Shown: positions 25,395 through 38,360 of the stretch, piece after piece
How positions within the stretch are numbered: position 1 is the stretch's first letter
Layout: every line of letters begins with the position of its first letter
Assembly (NCBI GenBank): GCA_028534125.1
Contig: CM052818.1
Span: 13,332,001 to 13,396,000 of the forward strand
From: Lama glama
Taxonomy: Eukaryota
Direction: 5' to 3'
DNA: 64,000 nt
Notes under the pieces: generated by a model
Told to the model about the DNA's origin: nothing
What the model saw: the letters and a program-made list of their open reading frames with translations, nothing else
Database searches by the model: none
Translations under genes and position numbers: made by a program

Positions 25395-28300
25395 TATTGT
25401 TGTTCAAAAACATAAAAAAAAGCAATAATGTATTAAATTATGTATGTGTATGTAGATATAGATATAGCTTATGTATAAGTTAATGCATTGCAGCAGTGAT
25501 ACAAGGGATGCTATGGAGGAATTGGGAATATTTTGTTATTATAAAGTACTTATACTACCTGTGAAATGGTATAGTGTTATTTAAAAGTGGACTTAGATTA
25601 GTTGTAAGTATATATTGCAAACTGTATGGAAACTAGGAAAAAAGTTTTTAAAAGTATAATCAATATGCTAAAAAAGGAGAGAAAATCAAATTATATAAAA
25701 TGCTCAATTAATACTATGAAATGCAGAAAAAATGTGGAAAATAAGAATAGGAACACAGAGCAAGGGCAACAAATAAAAAACAATAGCAAATATGGTAGAT
25801 ATTAATCCAAATACTTCAATAATCACTTTAAATGTCAATGACCTAAATACACCAATTAAAAGAGAGTGTCAGAGTGTATTAAAAAAGGACCCAACTATAT
25901 ATTGTCTACAAGAAACACACTTTAAAAATAAAGATACATATAGATTAAAAATAAAGGGATGGAGAAAAATATATCACACTAGCACTAATCAAAAGAAAGT
26001 AGGAATAGCTATATTAATTTCAGACAGGGCTAACTTCAGAGCAAGGAAAGTTATCAGTGTTAAAGAGGGATATTACATGAGGATAAAGGGGTTAATTCTC
26101 CAAAAAGACGTAATAATCTTTAGTGTGGGTGCACCTAAGAACAGAGTATTAATATACATGATGCAAAAACTGACAGAACTGCAAGGAACAGTAGATGAAT
26201 CCACTACTTTAGTTGGAAATGTTAACACCTCTCTCTCAGAAATGAACAGATACAGCAGCCAGAAAATCAGTTAGGACATAGTCAAACACAACAGCACAAT
26301 CAATAAACTGGAAATAATTGCCATCTATAGATATTTCATCCAACAGCAGCAAGCTACACATTCTTCTCAAGCTCACATGGAACATTTATCAAGATAGATC
26401 ATATTGTGAGCCATAAAATATATCTTAATAAATTTAAAATTATAGAAATATGCTTCAGACCGCAATGGAATTAAACTAGAAATCAGTAACAGAAAGAGAA
26501 CTGGAATGTCACAAAATACATGAAGAGTAGACAACATGCTTCTTGATAATACGTAAGTCAAAGAAGAAATCTGAAGAGAATTTTTAAAATATTTCGAGCT
26601 AAATGAGAATGAAACATAACTTATCAAAATTGGTGGGACACAGTGAAAGCAGTGTGTAGAGGGAAATGTATAGCATTGAATGAATCTATTAGAGAAGAAG
26701 GAAGCTCTAAAATCAATTCCAAGCTTTCACCATAGAAAATTACATCAAGAAAAACAAATTAAATCCAAAGTAAGCAGAAGAAAAAAATTTATAAAAATTA
26801 GGGCAGAAATAAATGAAATTCAAAACAGGACATCAATAGAGAAAATCAACAAAACCAAAAGCTTGTTCTTTGAAAAGATCAATGAAATCAACAAGCCTCT
26901 AGCCAGGCTAACAAAGAAGAAGAAAAAGGGGAGGAGAAGACACAAATTACTATTATCAGAAATTAAATGAAAGAGGGGACATCATTACAGATCTCATGAG
27001 CATTAAAAGGATTCTAGAAGATTACTATGAACAACTGTGCCAAAAAATTTGATAACCCAGATGAAATGGACCAATTCTTTAAAGATATAATCTTCCAAAA
27101 CTCACACAAGATGAAACAGAAAATCTGAATGGCCTAATCTATTAAAAAAGGTTGAAGGATACAAAGTTCACATGCAAAGTCAATCACTTTCCTATATACC
27201 AGCAAGAACAAATGGAATTTGAAATTAAAAACACATTGCCATTTATATTATCACCCCCAAAAGTGAAATACATAATATAAATCAACAAAAGATGTACAAG
27301 ATCTGTACAAGGAAAACTACAAAACTCTTTTGAAAGATTTCAAGGAAGAGTAAATAAAGGGAGAGATATTCCATGTTCATGGATAGAAAGACTCAATATA
27401 GTTAAGATGTTAGGCCTTCCCAATTTGCTCTATAAATTCAACACAATTCCACTCAAAATCCCAGCAAATTATTTTGTGGATATTGACAAACAGATTCAAA
27501 AGTTTACATGGAGAGGCAAAAGACTCGGAATAATCAAGACAATACTGAAGGAGAACAATGTCAGAGAAGTAACACTACCTAACTTCAAAACTCACTATAA
27601 AGCTACAGTAATTAAGACAGTGTGGTATTGGTGAAAGGAAAGACAAATAGAAAAATGGAACAGAACAGAGAGCCCAGAAATAGACCCATATAGATATAGT
27701 CAACTGATCTTTGGCAAAGGAGCAAAGGCAAAACAATGGAGCAAAGACAGTCTTATCCACAAATGGTGCTGAAACAACTGGATATCTACATGCAAAAAAA
27801 AAAAAAACCCACAAAAATACTAATATAGACACAGCCTTACACTTTTCACAAAAGTCAACTCAAAATGGATCACAGACCTAAATGTAAAATGTGTAACGAT
27901 AAAAGTAAGGTAACACAAGAGAAAATTTAGGTGACCTAGGGTATGGCAATAACTTTTAAGACACAACATCAAAGTCATAACCCATGAAAGAAATAATAAA
28001 TTGGGCTTCATTAAAATCAAGAACATCTGCTCTGCAACAATGTTGCAATGGGAACAAGACAAGCCACAGACTGAAAGAAAGTATTTGCAAAAGATACATC
28101 TGATAATAGACTGTTAATTCAAAATATGCACAGAACTCTTAAAACTCAACAAAAGAAAACAGATTTTAAAAATTGGTAAAAGATCTGAACAGACATCTCA
28201 CCAAAGAAGACATATACATGGCAAGTAAGCATATGAAAATTTTTTTACCATCTTATGTCATTAGGGAATTGCAAATTAAAACAAAAATGAGAGAACATTA

Positions 28301-29159
28301 CACATCTACTAGAATGGCCAGAATCCAAAACATTGACAACCCTAAATACTGATGAGGTTGTGTAGCAACAGGAACCCATTCATTGCTAATGGGAATGCAA
28401 AATGGTGCACCTACTTTGGAGGACAATTTGGTAGTTTCTTAGAAATTGAAATATACTCTTAACCATACAATCCAGCAATCATGCTCGTTGGTATTTTCCA
28501 AAATAAACTGAAAACTTTTATTCACACAAAAACCTGCACATGGTTTATAGCAACTTTATTCATAATTGTCAAAACTTGGAAGTAACCATGAAGTCCTTCA
28601 GTGGATAAATGGATAAACTGTGGTACATCCAAACAGTGGGATATTATTCAGTGCCAAAAAAGAAATGAGCTATCAAGCCATGAAAAGGTATGGAGGAAAT
28701 GTAAATGCATGTTAGTAAGTGAAAGAAGCCAATTGGAAAGATTACATACAGTTTCCAACCTTACCACTTTCTGGAAAATACAAAACTATGAAGACAGAAA
28801 AAAGATTAGAGGCTGGTGAGAGGGAGAGATGAATACACAGGGCACAGAGAATTTTAGGACAATAAAACTATTCCATATAAGACATTAATGGTGGATACAT
28901 GTCATCAAATATTTGTCAAAACCCATAGAACACTAAGAATAACCCTAATGTAAACCATAAATTTTGAGTGATGGTGATGTGTCAATGTAGTTTCACTGAT
29001 TGTAACAAATGTATCACTGTGGTACATGATGTCCATAATAGGGGAGATTGTGGGCATGTGAGAATAGGGGGTATCTGGGAACCCTATGTACTTTTCACTC
29101 AACTTTGTGGTGAACCTAAAACATCTCTAAAAAATAAAATGTATTAACTTTTTTAAACA

Positions 29160-29281
29160 CAGAAACTTCTCAAATCCACATCTTGGAAGTTCAGGTCCAG
29201 GAGGTCTTGGATGGGGTATAAGAAACTGTTTCATAAATTCCAAGATGATTCTGATATATAGTCAGGGTTGAGAACCACTGG
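29160..29281. mobile_element. MER5-like DNA transposon fragment
   Basis: ...ccaagatgattctgatatatagtcagggttgagaaccactg terminus. Confidence 0.55.
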
Positions 29282-30494
29282 GTAGATCTTGGCTTCCTGA
29301 TCTTTCAAAGTGTTAGATTTTTTTTCAGAACTTTAATCTCTGGTAGGCATAATCTTATAAATTCATCTGTATGAATATGAATACTAGACAGTGCTTGTAT
29401 GTCAAATCTTTGCATTTATAAAAGGTTCTCTCTCTATGGAAGTGCTTAAATTAACAGGAGCCCAGTATTATAGACTGGCTATCTCTAAAGAGCCTAGTCA
29501 TGGAGCTAAAATGATGATGCTTTTCCAAAGCTCTGTTCCATCCATGCCTTTCCATGGAGCAAAGAAATAAACAAGATAGCAACAATCAGGGACATGGCAA
29601 CTATGATTCCATCATTCACAAGTTCAATTTCCTTCAAAAGAACAAGTGATACAGTTAACCAGGCCCTGCAAGCACATACAAAACAAACAGCATGATTGGA
29701 AAACAGAAAATGAAAAATGACAGAAGAAACTTTATCTTTCTCCCATAACCAAGTATACTAGTCCCACCTTTTGGAGCTGAGATGAACAGAATGAGGACCA
29801 TGGGGTTCCTAATGCTAGACCTTTCTTTCTACACAACCCAGAATGATGTAGCCCTCTATTTAAAAAGCAGTAAAAAAGGATGCAAATGTTCTCCCTTGAA
29901 ACCCAGATGTTTTCTATCTTTTTAAGCTCCAATTATTTCAACACATTATTTAGCTCCACTCACATCAGATCAGGGCCACCTGTTACATCCTCTACACACT
30001 TATGAGAGATTTAATGTTGTCTGTATTTATGGTTTATCACAAAAGTCAGAATGCAATTGAGAGAATGCTTTTAAAGTCATGTTGAGGTCAAAGGATGTGT
30101 ATATGACAGATTAACAGATAAGTAAGTCACTGTTGTGTAGTGTAAACAAAATCAAACCTCATTTCATGATTCATTATTACGTAAATTTGGATATAATCCA
30201 GGACTAAAAAGCTCATCATCTGAAATAAAACTACATGTCAGAAAGGCATAATATAACATTGTTAGTCTATAAGGAAATTAATTTTTTAAATTCCATTATA
30301 AAGTATTTTATTATAGGAATATTCCTTATTACCAAGATAGATAGGTTTTCCATATTTAAATGTTCTATTTTTGTCCTGTCTGAAATTAAATATGTTCACT
30401 CTGATATCAATACAATATATGACTTGATGTGTATATTATTTATTTTTATAATGATTAATAAGTATTTACATATGCACCCAAAATCCTAAATAAT

Positions 30495-30610
30495 GTCCAT
30501 TCAGTAAATAAATGTTTATTGAATACCTATTATGTGCTAGGTATCTTTTCTCTGGCTGAGATACTGCAGGGAACAAAATATACAAAGTCCCTACTGTAGT
30601 CAAATCTTGA
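30495..30610 (-). mobile_element. L2 3' fragment
   Basis: cattcagtaaataaatgtttattgaatacctattatgtgctagg...ctgagatactgcagggaacaaaatatacaaagtccct. Confidence 0.65.
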
Positions 30611-31253
30611 AATAAATTTCCAGCTAACACTGGGGGAAAAAAATGTATGTTCTCACAAATGAACAAACCAATATTATAGAGCTAATGATATCATGATATT
30701 TACATTATTCTTGCACTTCTGAAGTAAATATTGCTTATTATGTATCATTCCAGCACATTAAAAGTTAGCAGCAGGTGATGTTATTTATCATAAGACAGCT
30801 ACTAAATAGAAGAGAAATGCGGAAAATAAAAGTGAGAAAACACCTCCTCATTCTACTCATTTCTCTTGTGATTAGACAGAAGTGTCAATTAAGAAAGGCA
30901 CCGAGAAACCCAATTGCAAAGTCTAATTATTAGATAAAATTGCTTGAAACTCAAGGATATTTACTTGGATTGACTATAAGGCTTTCAGTGTGGCTAAAAC
31001 ACTGTTATAAATTACGTTTGTTGTGGTTTGGGGAAGCTTCACTTTTCCCGTTTTTCTTCATTCTCCATGGAGATGTGTGGCAGAATCAGAGAGTATCCAT
31101 TCTCATTTACTCTCTTATCTGAACCCCAACTGTAACTCCTTTTCCCATTCAGTTTTAACCTTGGATAAATATAGTTTTAAAATCTAGCAGTCCTGGAAAC
31201 ACCACTGTAGAAAGAAGACAACTTTTTTCTGCCCTAAATACAACTTCAAAGTG

Positions 31254-31335
31254 GCAGACTGGAAAATCTCTGCAGGCAAATGTGATGTCACTAAAGAAAT
31301 CACACACTTACCAGTAGAGATTCTACAGTCTGACA
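31254..31335 (+). ncRNA. MIR216B: pre-miR-216b hairpin (mature 5p 31264-31285; 3p about 31302-31325)
   Basis: AAATCTCTGCAGGCAAATGTGA at 31264-31285 matches known miR-216b-5p. It lies in the recognisable stem-loop GCAGACTGG...ACACACTTACCAGTAGAGATTCTACAGTCTGACA, whose arms are complementary. Confidence 0.97.
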
Positions 31336-31530
31336 TCTTCAAGCATCGAACCATTTCAACAACCATGCTTTTCTATATATAGTTATTTGACTTGAAATAA
31401 ATCTGGATTAGCCAAATAATCAAACTATAGCTAACTTACTAAATTTTGGCTTCTTCCCAACCAACATGCCTCATGATGGTTGAATCCCACCAAATTAAAT
31501 TATAAGATAAGAAGTTTAAAATGGCTTAAA

Positions 31531-31698
31531 GCTGGTATTCAAGTGTGAGTCCCCTGACTTGCAGCATCATTTTCACCTGGGAACCTATGAGAAATGTAAT
31601 TTCTCATGCCCATCCCAGGCCTGAGAATGTACCCTAATAATGTATGTTTTAACAAGTCTTTCAGGTGATTCTGATTCACACTACTGAGAACTACTGGC
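31531..31698. mobile_element. MER5A MITE about 200 bp downstream of miR-216b
   Basis: gcagcatcattttcacctgggaac...gagaaatgtaatttctc...ttttaacaag...caggtgattctgat...tgagaactactgg. Confidence 0.75.
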
Positions 31699-33919
31699 TT
31701 AAAGAAAACAAAGATTATTACTGGAACACTAAACTCAGAAGATCTTTTGATGTTATATAATATGTGAAAGAAACCAGACAAAATAAGATGTGTTCATAAA
31801 AATATTGTCTAGGATATGTTTCTTTTCTAAACTGCTTATCTTAATAATAAGCAGAAGCATTAATAATGGAATGAAACATCTTCCTTTAACTCTTACATTG
31901 CCAATAAAAATGCAGAGCACTGCTTATTAGAAATAAAGAGTTAAGAAATTTTATTTAGGAGGAGAAAACGTTTTCATGTTTGGGAGGATTAAAAGGGTAC
32001 TGACATCATTCAAGTCATGAGCCATAATTCTTATTAGATTTTATTGCCACATTCTTCACACAGCTTTGGAAAGTTATCCCTAAGAGCACAAAATATGCAC
32101 TTAGACTGCACACAGAGAAAGAAAATGCTCTCACAGTGAAATTATTTTAGCCTGACCCAATAATATTTGAAAGACTCAAGACTTGTTCTCTATGTAACAT
32201 ATCTTTTCAAAATAAGAGATGGGTTATATAAATTTGTCTTTTTCAATATCCTTTATAATTTTCTCTCTCAACAGTTAAATTTGTCTATAAGAGATCTAAT
32301 TCTGTATACTTAAAAAATTAGTTTCCTTTCCTCTCTGATATTACAAAAATTGCATAGCTGAAGGGTAAAAAAGAAAAGCCCAACAAAAAACAAAAAGTAT
32401 TAAAAATTATAACAACTTGGCCTTTAGGGACAATGAATAAAATATACAATTTAGTTCTTGTATATGAGAATGTAGTATCTGAAATTTTGGTATGCTTGTT
32501 AATCAGTAACTTCTGGTAGCATGTTAAAAATTTATCTTCAGTTTCATTCATAATGAATTCATTTTTATTATTTCTGGACCACACCAATTTCCCATGATAT
32601 GATGGAAAAAATTGTCACATTCAAAAATTGAATTAGATCACACACAAAACATCAACTCACTCAGACTGTAATAATAAGGTTTGGCTTACTCATTGAAAAG
32701 TGAGAGCCTAACTATGTCCAGAATTTGCAAAGACATTACTGGAGATTAGCAAGATGTTTTAGACACTTCAAACAACCTGAAGGAAGTCCATTTCCTTAGA
32801 TGAAGATGAAAAGATTCTATAAATATCAGGTTGCTTTGCTTTTATTGGAATTAAATTAATTTAGTATTGATGCCATTACTGATCAGGAGCTCCAAGGCCA
32901 CTGATAATAATTTAAAAATTAACCAGTACATGCAATTTGTTATACAAAATCTTTCCAAACATGGGGCTCAACGCAGGGTATAATAAAAAGTGGTGCTGGG
33001 AATTCAGCATCCTCCCAAGCAGTAGGAGAGATACTGATGGCAACAACTAATAGCTACTACTGCATGAATCACTCTATACATATTATCTAACTTAGTTCTC
33101 ACACAAACCTGGTAAAGAAAGTATTATTAGCAGTACCATTTTCTGAATGAAGAAACTGAAACTCAGAAAGGCATAAATGAAAAGGAAAGAAATTATCTAA
33201 ATCTACACAACTATACATCTGGGACAAAGTAGTATGGAAACCTAAATTGTGAATATTTGATTCCCCCACTTATGGTCTCTCTGGGTCCCCATTTCCTCAT
33301 CTTTAAAACAAGCAAATTATTCTCTTTCCTATTTACTTCCCATGGCTGGGAAACCACTTGCCAACAATAAAGAACTGGGAAGATGTCGGATGTTGTTATC
33401 ATGCTTGGGGTGACCTAGGCAAGCTTTGGGGATGGCCTAGTCTCTTGCTATTTCCCCCTATCACTGCTGTGGAAACTGCAAGAGAAAAAAATGCTGATGG
33501 AAGTACTGATTTGCCCCATCATTATTCCCTCCAAGGACGCTGGCCTTCTGTCTTTGACCATCCTCCTTGCCAAGCCCAGCCATGTTTCTTTGTCCCACTC
33601 TGGTGATCCTAAGGCCACTCATCTTTCAGGCAAGCAAACAGTTTCTCTTGAAAAACTATACAAGAAAAATTCACATAGTCTTTTTTCTTCTGACAGGGTA
33701 GCAGATTTCCTCCTCTTTCCTTTCAAAAGATGTCAAGGTTTTCAATAAATGTGTAACTAAAATACACCAATGCCCAAAGGCCTAGACAGAAATAAAGCTT
33801 GGCTAATAGTGTACCACCCATTAGGAACCTAAAATTCCTAACTAGATATACTCCTGACAGATACTTCAGAAGCTCTATCGTTCAAAGAAACTTAATATTT
33901 CAGATCTGAAAATGAAAAT

Positions 33920-34190
33920 AGTGATTTATTGAACATTAACTGCATGCTAGGCATTTTACATGTACTGTCCCATTTAATCCTTCTAACAACCTTGTATGAA
34001 GTTGGACCATTAATGGTCCAGATGGTGCAGATGAGAAAATTAAGCCCCTAGAGTTTTAATAAGAGCCTTGAACCAGTTCTGTTGGACTTCAAAGCCCATC
34101 ATCTTAACGACTACTGCATTCTAAGGCCCAGAAGTCAAGTGGCCCCAGGTCATACAACTGACAAGTGGTAAACCTGAAAGAAAACCACAG
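33920..34190 (-). mobile_element. MIR fragments
   Basis: atttattgaac...catttaatccttctaacaacc...cagatgagaaaattaagccc...ccccaggtcatacaactgacaagtgg. Confidence 0.65.
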
Positions 34191-34529
34191 TTTTCTTTAT
34201 ATGATATGATACTTATTCCTATCTAAATGGTCTATATTCTTATAAAAGTGCCTTAAAGAATTATTCAGTTTTTCATGTAAGCCAAATGGCTGACTCAAAA
34301 TCAAAGCCACCAAGTTATAACCCACTGCCTAGAGTGGGCACCAAGGAAGAAAGGTTCAAGTGAATTCTGCATCCCATTTATATTTTAACTCTAATGAGTA
34401 AATGCTAAAATTGTGACTTTCAATTGCTAAAGACATCAAATTCACCCATCATCATTTAAGAGATGTTTTGTCCTTTCCTAATTTCTGCTGGCAACCTAAA
34501 AATCAACACAAAACAAATCAATAAAGCAA

Positions 34530-35689
34530 CTCACAGATTTAATGCCATCCCTATCAAATTACCTATGACATTTTTCACAGAACTAGAACAAACAATCCTA
34601 AAACTTATATGGAATCATAAAAGATCCAGAATTGCCAAAGAAATCCTGAGGAAAAAGAACAAAGCTGATGGTATAACCCTCCCAGACTTCAGACAATACT
34701 ACAAATTTGTTGTAATCAAAACAGTGTGACATTGACATAAAAAACAGACATATGGATCAGTAGAACAGAATACAGAACTCAGAAATAAACCTACACACCT
34801 ATGGTCAATTAATCTTCAACAAAGGAGGCAAGAATATATAATGGAAAAAAGACAGTGGTGTTGGGAAAGCTATATAGTCGCATGTAAATCAGTGAAGTTG
34901 CAACACTCCCTCAAACTATACACAAAAAACTCAAAATGGCTTAAAGACTTAAATATAAGACAGGACACCATAAATCTCCTAAAAGAGAACAGAGGCAACA
35001 CATTCTCTGACATAAATCATAGAAATGTTTTCCTAGGTCAGTCTCCCAAAACAACAGAAATAAAAGCAAAAATAAACAAATGGGACCTAATTAAACTTAA
35101 AAGTTTTTGCACAGCAAAGGAAACCATCAACAAAACAAAAAGACAACCTATGGAATGGGAGAAAATATTTGCAAATGATGTGACTGACAAGGACTTAATT
35201 TCCAGAATATACAAACAGTTCATACAACTCAAAAACAACAACAACAAAAACAATCAAAAAATGGGTAGAAGACCTAAATAGACATTTCTCCAAAGAAGAC
35301 ATACAGATGTCACTTAAAAAGATGCTCAATATTGCTAATTATCAGAGAAATGTAAATCAAAACTACAGTGAGGTATCACCTCACACTGGCCATCATTAAA
35401 AAGCCCACAAACAATAAATGCTAGAGAGGATGTGAAGAAAAGGGAACCCTCCTACACTGCTGGTGGAAATGTGATTTGGTGCAGCCAACATGGTAAATAA
35501 TATGGAGATTCCTTAGAAAACTAAAAATAGAGTTATTATATGATCCAGCAATTCCACTCCTGGGCATATATCCAGAGAAAACTGTAATTTGAAAAGATAC
35601 ATGCATTCCAGTGGTCATAGAAGCCAAGACATAAAAGCAACATAAATGTCCTCCAACAGATGACTGGATAAAGAAGATGTGGCATACAA

Positions 35690-35721
<32 letters not shown>

Positions 35722-36160
35722 ACACACACACGATGGAATACTACTCAGCCATAAAAAAGAATGAAATAATGCCATTTGCAGCAACATGGATGGACCTAGA
35801 TATCATCATCCTAAGTGAAATAAGTTACGCAAAGACAAATATCATACAATACCACTTACATATGGAATCTAAAAAATGATACAAACGAACTTACTTACAA
35901 AACAGAAACAGATTCATGGACATAGAAAACAAATTTATGGTTACCAAAGGGGAAAGGTGGGAACAGGGATAAATTAAGAATTTGAGATTAGCAGACACAA
36001 ACTACTATATATAAAATAGGTAAACAAATAAGTCAATATCTTATAATAACCTATAATGAAAACAAATATGAAAATGAATATATGTGTATAACTGAATCAC
36101 TATGCTGTACATCAGAAGCTAACATAACATTATAAATAAACTATATTTCAACTTTTAAAA
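34530..36160 (+). mobile_element. Intermediate-age 5'-truncated L1 (artiodactyl/laurasiatherian type) between miR-216b and miR-216a
   Basis: ORF2 C-terminal peptides ([74 protein letters not shown]) and a 3' UTR distinct from the young family. Confidence 0.92.
35690..35731. repeat. (CA)n microsatellite within L1
   Basis: About 20 CA units with one interruption, seen directly. Confidence 0.95.
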
Positions 36161-37317
36161 AATCATTAATATATTTGTAGCAAAGCAGGGATCATTTTGG
36201 GGTTTTGTAAGATTAGGCTCGAATTAGTACTCATAATCAGGTAAATGTGACTAAATTGTTACTCCTTGTCAAACATTCACATTGCTCATCAACTCTGTCT
36301 TCTGTGAAGTTTCAACTGAAGGACTCACTAAGGATATCACAATATGTAAAAAATAGATAATCTTTCCATTTGACAAATGGCTTTTAATTTTCTGTCCTAG
36401 TGGTCACCCACGATGGTGGCTGCTATGGAGAACTACTTTCAGCTCGTAAATGATCACCCACCAAAATAAAAATATGTGATCTAATCAAATGTGCTATTAA
36501 TTGCTATGCTAAGTTGTAACATTACATCCTTAAAACAAAAGAAAGTACAGAGACATTTCCTGAGTAGTTTTAACTCAGCATTAGTTTTCCCCTTCTATAC
36601 CTCTGTTCCTGATCATCTCACCTCTTATTTTCTTTCCCTCCTTCTCTCCTCTCCCTCATCTCTGCAAAACTCAGAGCTGTGTTTGGTTGTGGGGAGGGGG
36701 CAGGTAAAGAGCAGAATCATTTCAATTGGTGTGTAAAACAACATCACCACTAATTTATGTAGATTATTCTTTCCCCTGAGGCTCCAAACAGGAGATTCAG
36801 AAGAACTAAAAGTCACATTTCTTTGCACAAGTTATTGCTTTTAGGGAAACAAGGGATCACCATGTGTTATATGAAAAAGGTAACTTACCACCATTATCAT
36901 TATTGACAAATTTGCTGAGTACACCATGTGCTTGGAACAGTGCTGAATGCTACATATTCTTGAAGATTTTAGGCAAGAAAGACCAGGCATTCCTTTTCTT
37001 AGTGGGAATTCCCTGGTGAACCTTAATTTGCAATGCCCTAATGAGTTTGGGAAGTACACAGAATTATCCCTTATTTCAGGATTTGATTATGATTTTAAAA
37101 TCAGGAATTTATTCAGATTTTAATACCTCACTTTTAGGGAATTTTATGGATTTTAAGTATTTTCCTCAACTTGTTTTTAGAACAAGCCCTCTTCTCTCAC
37201 TTGATATATAAAACACCCTAACTGACCACACTTGACTTTAAATATCTATATTTGAAAGATACAAATTCATTCAAGACACTAAGCATGTAAAAGCCATGAG
37301 TAGTAAATATTTATAAA

Positions 37318-37445
37318 GATGCTAATGTTCTCTTTCTTGACCTGGGTGGTGGTTACATGGGTGTGTTCACTTTGTGATAATTCATCAAGCTGTACACTTA
37401 TGATGTGTACATTTTTCTATAAATGTATTTACCTCAATAAAATAA
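37318..37445 (+). mobile_element. L1ME-type 3' end
   Basis: tttcttgacctgggtggtggttacatgggtgtgttcactttgtgataattcatcaagctgtacactta...cctcaataaaa. Confidence 0.8.
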
Positions 37446-38211
37446 CTTACATTTACATATTTATTAAGAGTCCTGACAGCCCCTCCCCAAACACCTGCAA
37501 GCCCACAATCAGAATAACTGATTTCACAAGGACGTATTTATTCTCCCTCTCCTAGAGTCCTCAGTTCTTGCCTTAGGGACTTTAATTCTTCAAACTCAAT
37601 CTTAAGAGATTGTTTTTAGGGCCTCCCTCTCATCAGATATTCTCCCTTTAGGCTTCTTTTTTCATGGGCTTTCTTCTGTAGACTGGGCCCCTATCTTCTC
37701 TAAGAGGTCCTGATCTTTTCTTAATATCTCAAAAACAGTGCAAAAAATGTTTCCTTCGTTATTTCCTCCCAGTACTGTCTCTAGCCACCCTTGCTGCTGC
37801 CCACAAAGCTCCAGATGGCCTTTCACAAATGCCAGCTCGGTGGCTTTCTCAGGGTCGTCTTTAAGAAGTGTTCATATGATTAGAAAATGGCTATGCCTTA
37901 TCTTTCTCTTTCTTTCTCTCACTATATCTCTGGAACTTGTATTTCCAGAAAATGAGTCTCATGTTTCTTTGTAGTTCGATGGAAAAGTACTGCTATTGGA
38001 TATGGTCTCATTTTCATTTTGACTTCTATAGGCACCTTCCTGATAGGGTTGTTGTCAAAATCAAACGAAATAATCAACCTAAAATATGTAGTGTAAGGCT
38101 AGGCCTTGTAATCAATCAGTAAATAGCAGCTTTTGTTGTTGCTATTAATAGTAGTATGATTAGCTAAGGTTGTTTTTTGTTTGACATGACAATTAGGTCA
38201 ACTCAAATTCT

Positions 38212-38360
38212 TCTTCCAGTTTTATTGAGTTATAATTGACACACAACACTGTGTAAGTTTAAGATTATAGCATAATGATTTGACTCAACTATTACATACA
38301 TCATGAAATGATTACCACAAGTCTTGTGAACATTTCTCATCTCATATAGATACAAAATTT
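38212..38360 (-). mobile_element. L1MA-type 3' end fragment
   Basis: ccagttttattgagttataattgacacacaacactgtgtaagtttaag...catcatgaaatgattaccaca. Confidence 0.7.

Larger units (their letters stand above)
21929..29150 (+). mobile_element. Near-full-length old L1 (L1MC1/2-like), decayed, with an internal ORF2 deletion and a nested young L1
   Basis: 5' UTR, then ORF1 remnants (23084-23440, ENFPQFMSDIKPQFQEAQRTLSRIN). ORF2 APE endonuclease start at 25792 (NTSIITLNVNDLNTPIKR...YCLQETHF), further ORF2 pieces at 26680 and 27407, and an L1MC-type 3' UTR (atgtgtcaatgtag...gaacctaaaacatctctaaaaaataaa). Many stops and frameshifts. Confidence 0.92.

Noticed and set aside
25792..26274. 160-aa endonuclease-like ORF as a domesticated gene
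   Set aside because: It is the APE domain start of the decayed L1. It terminates early and the surrounding ORF2 is riddled with stops.
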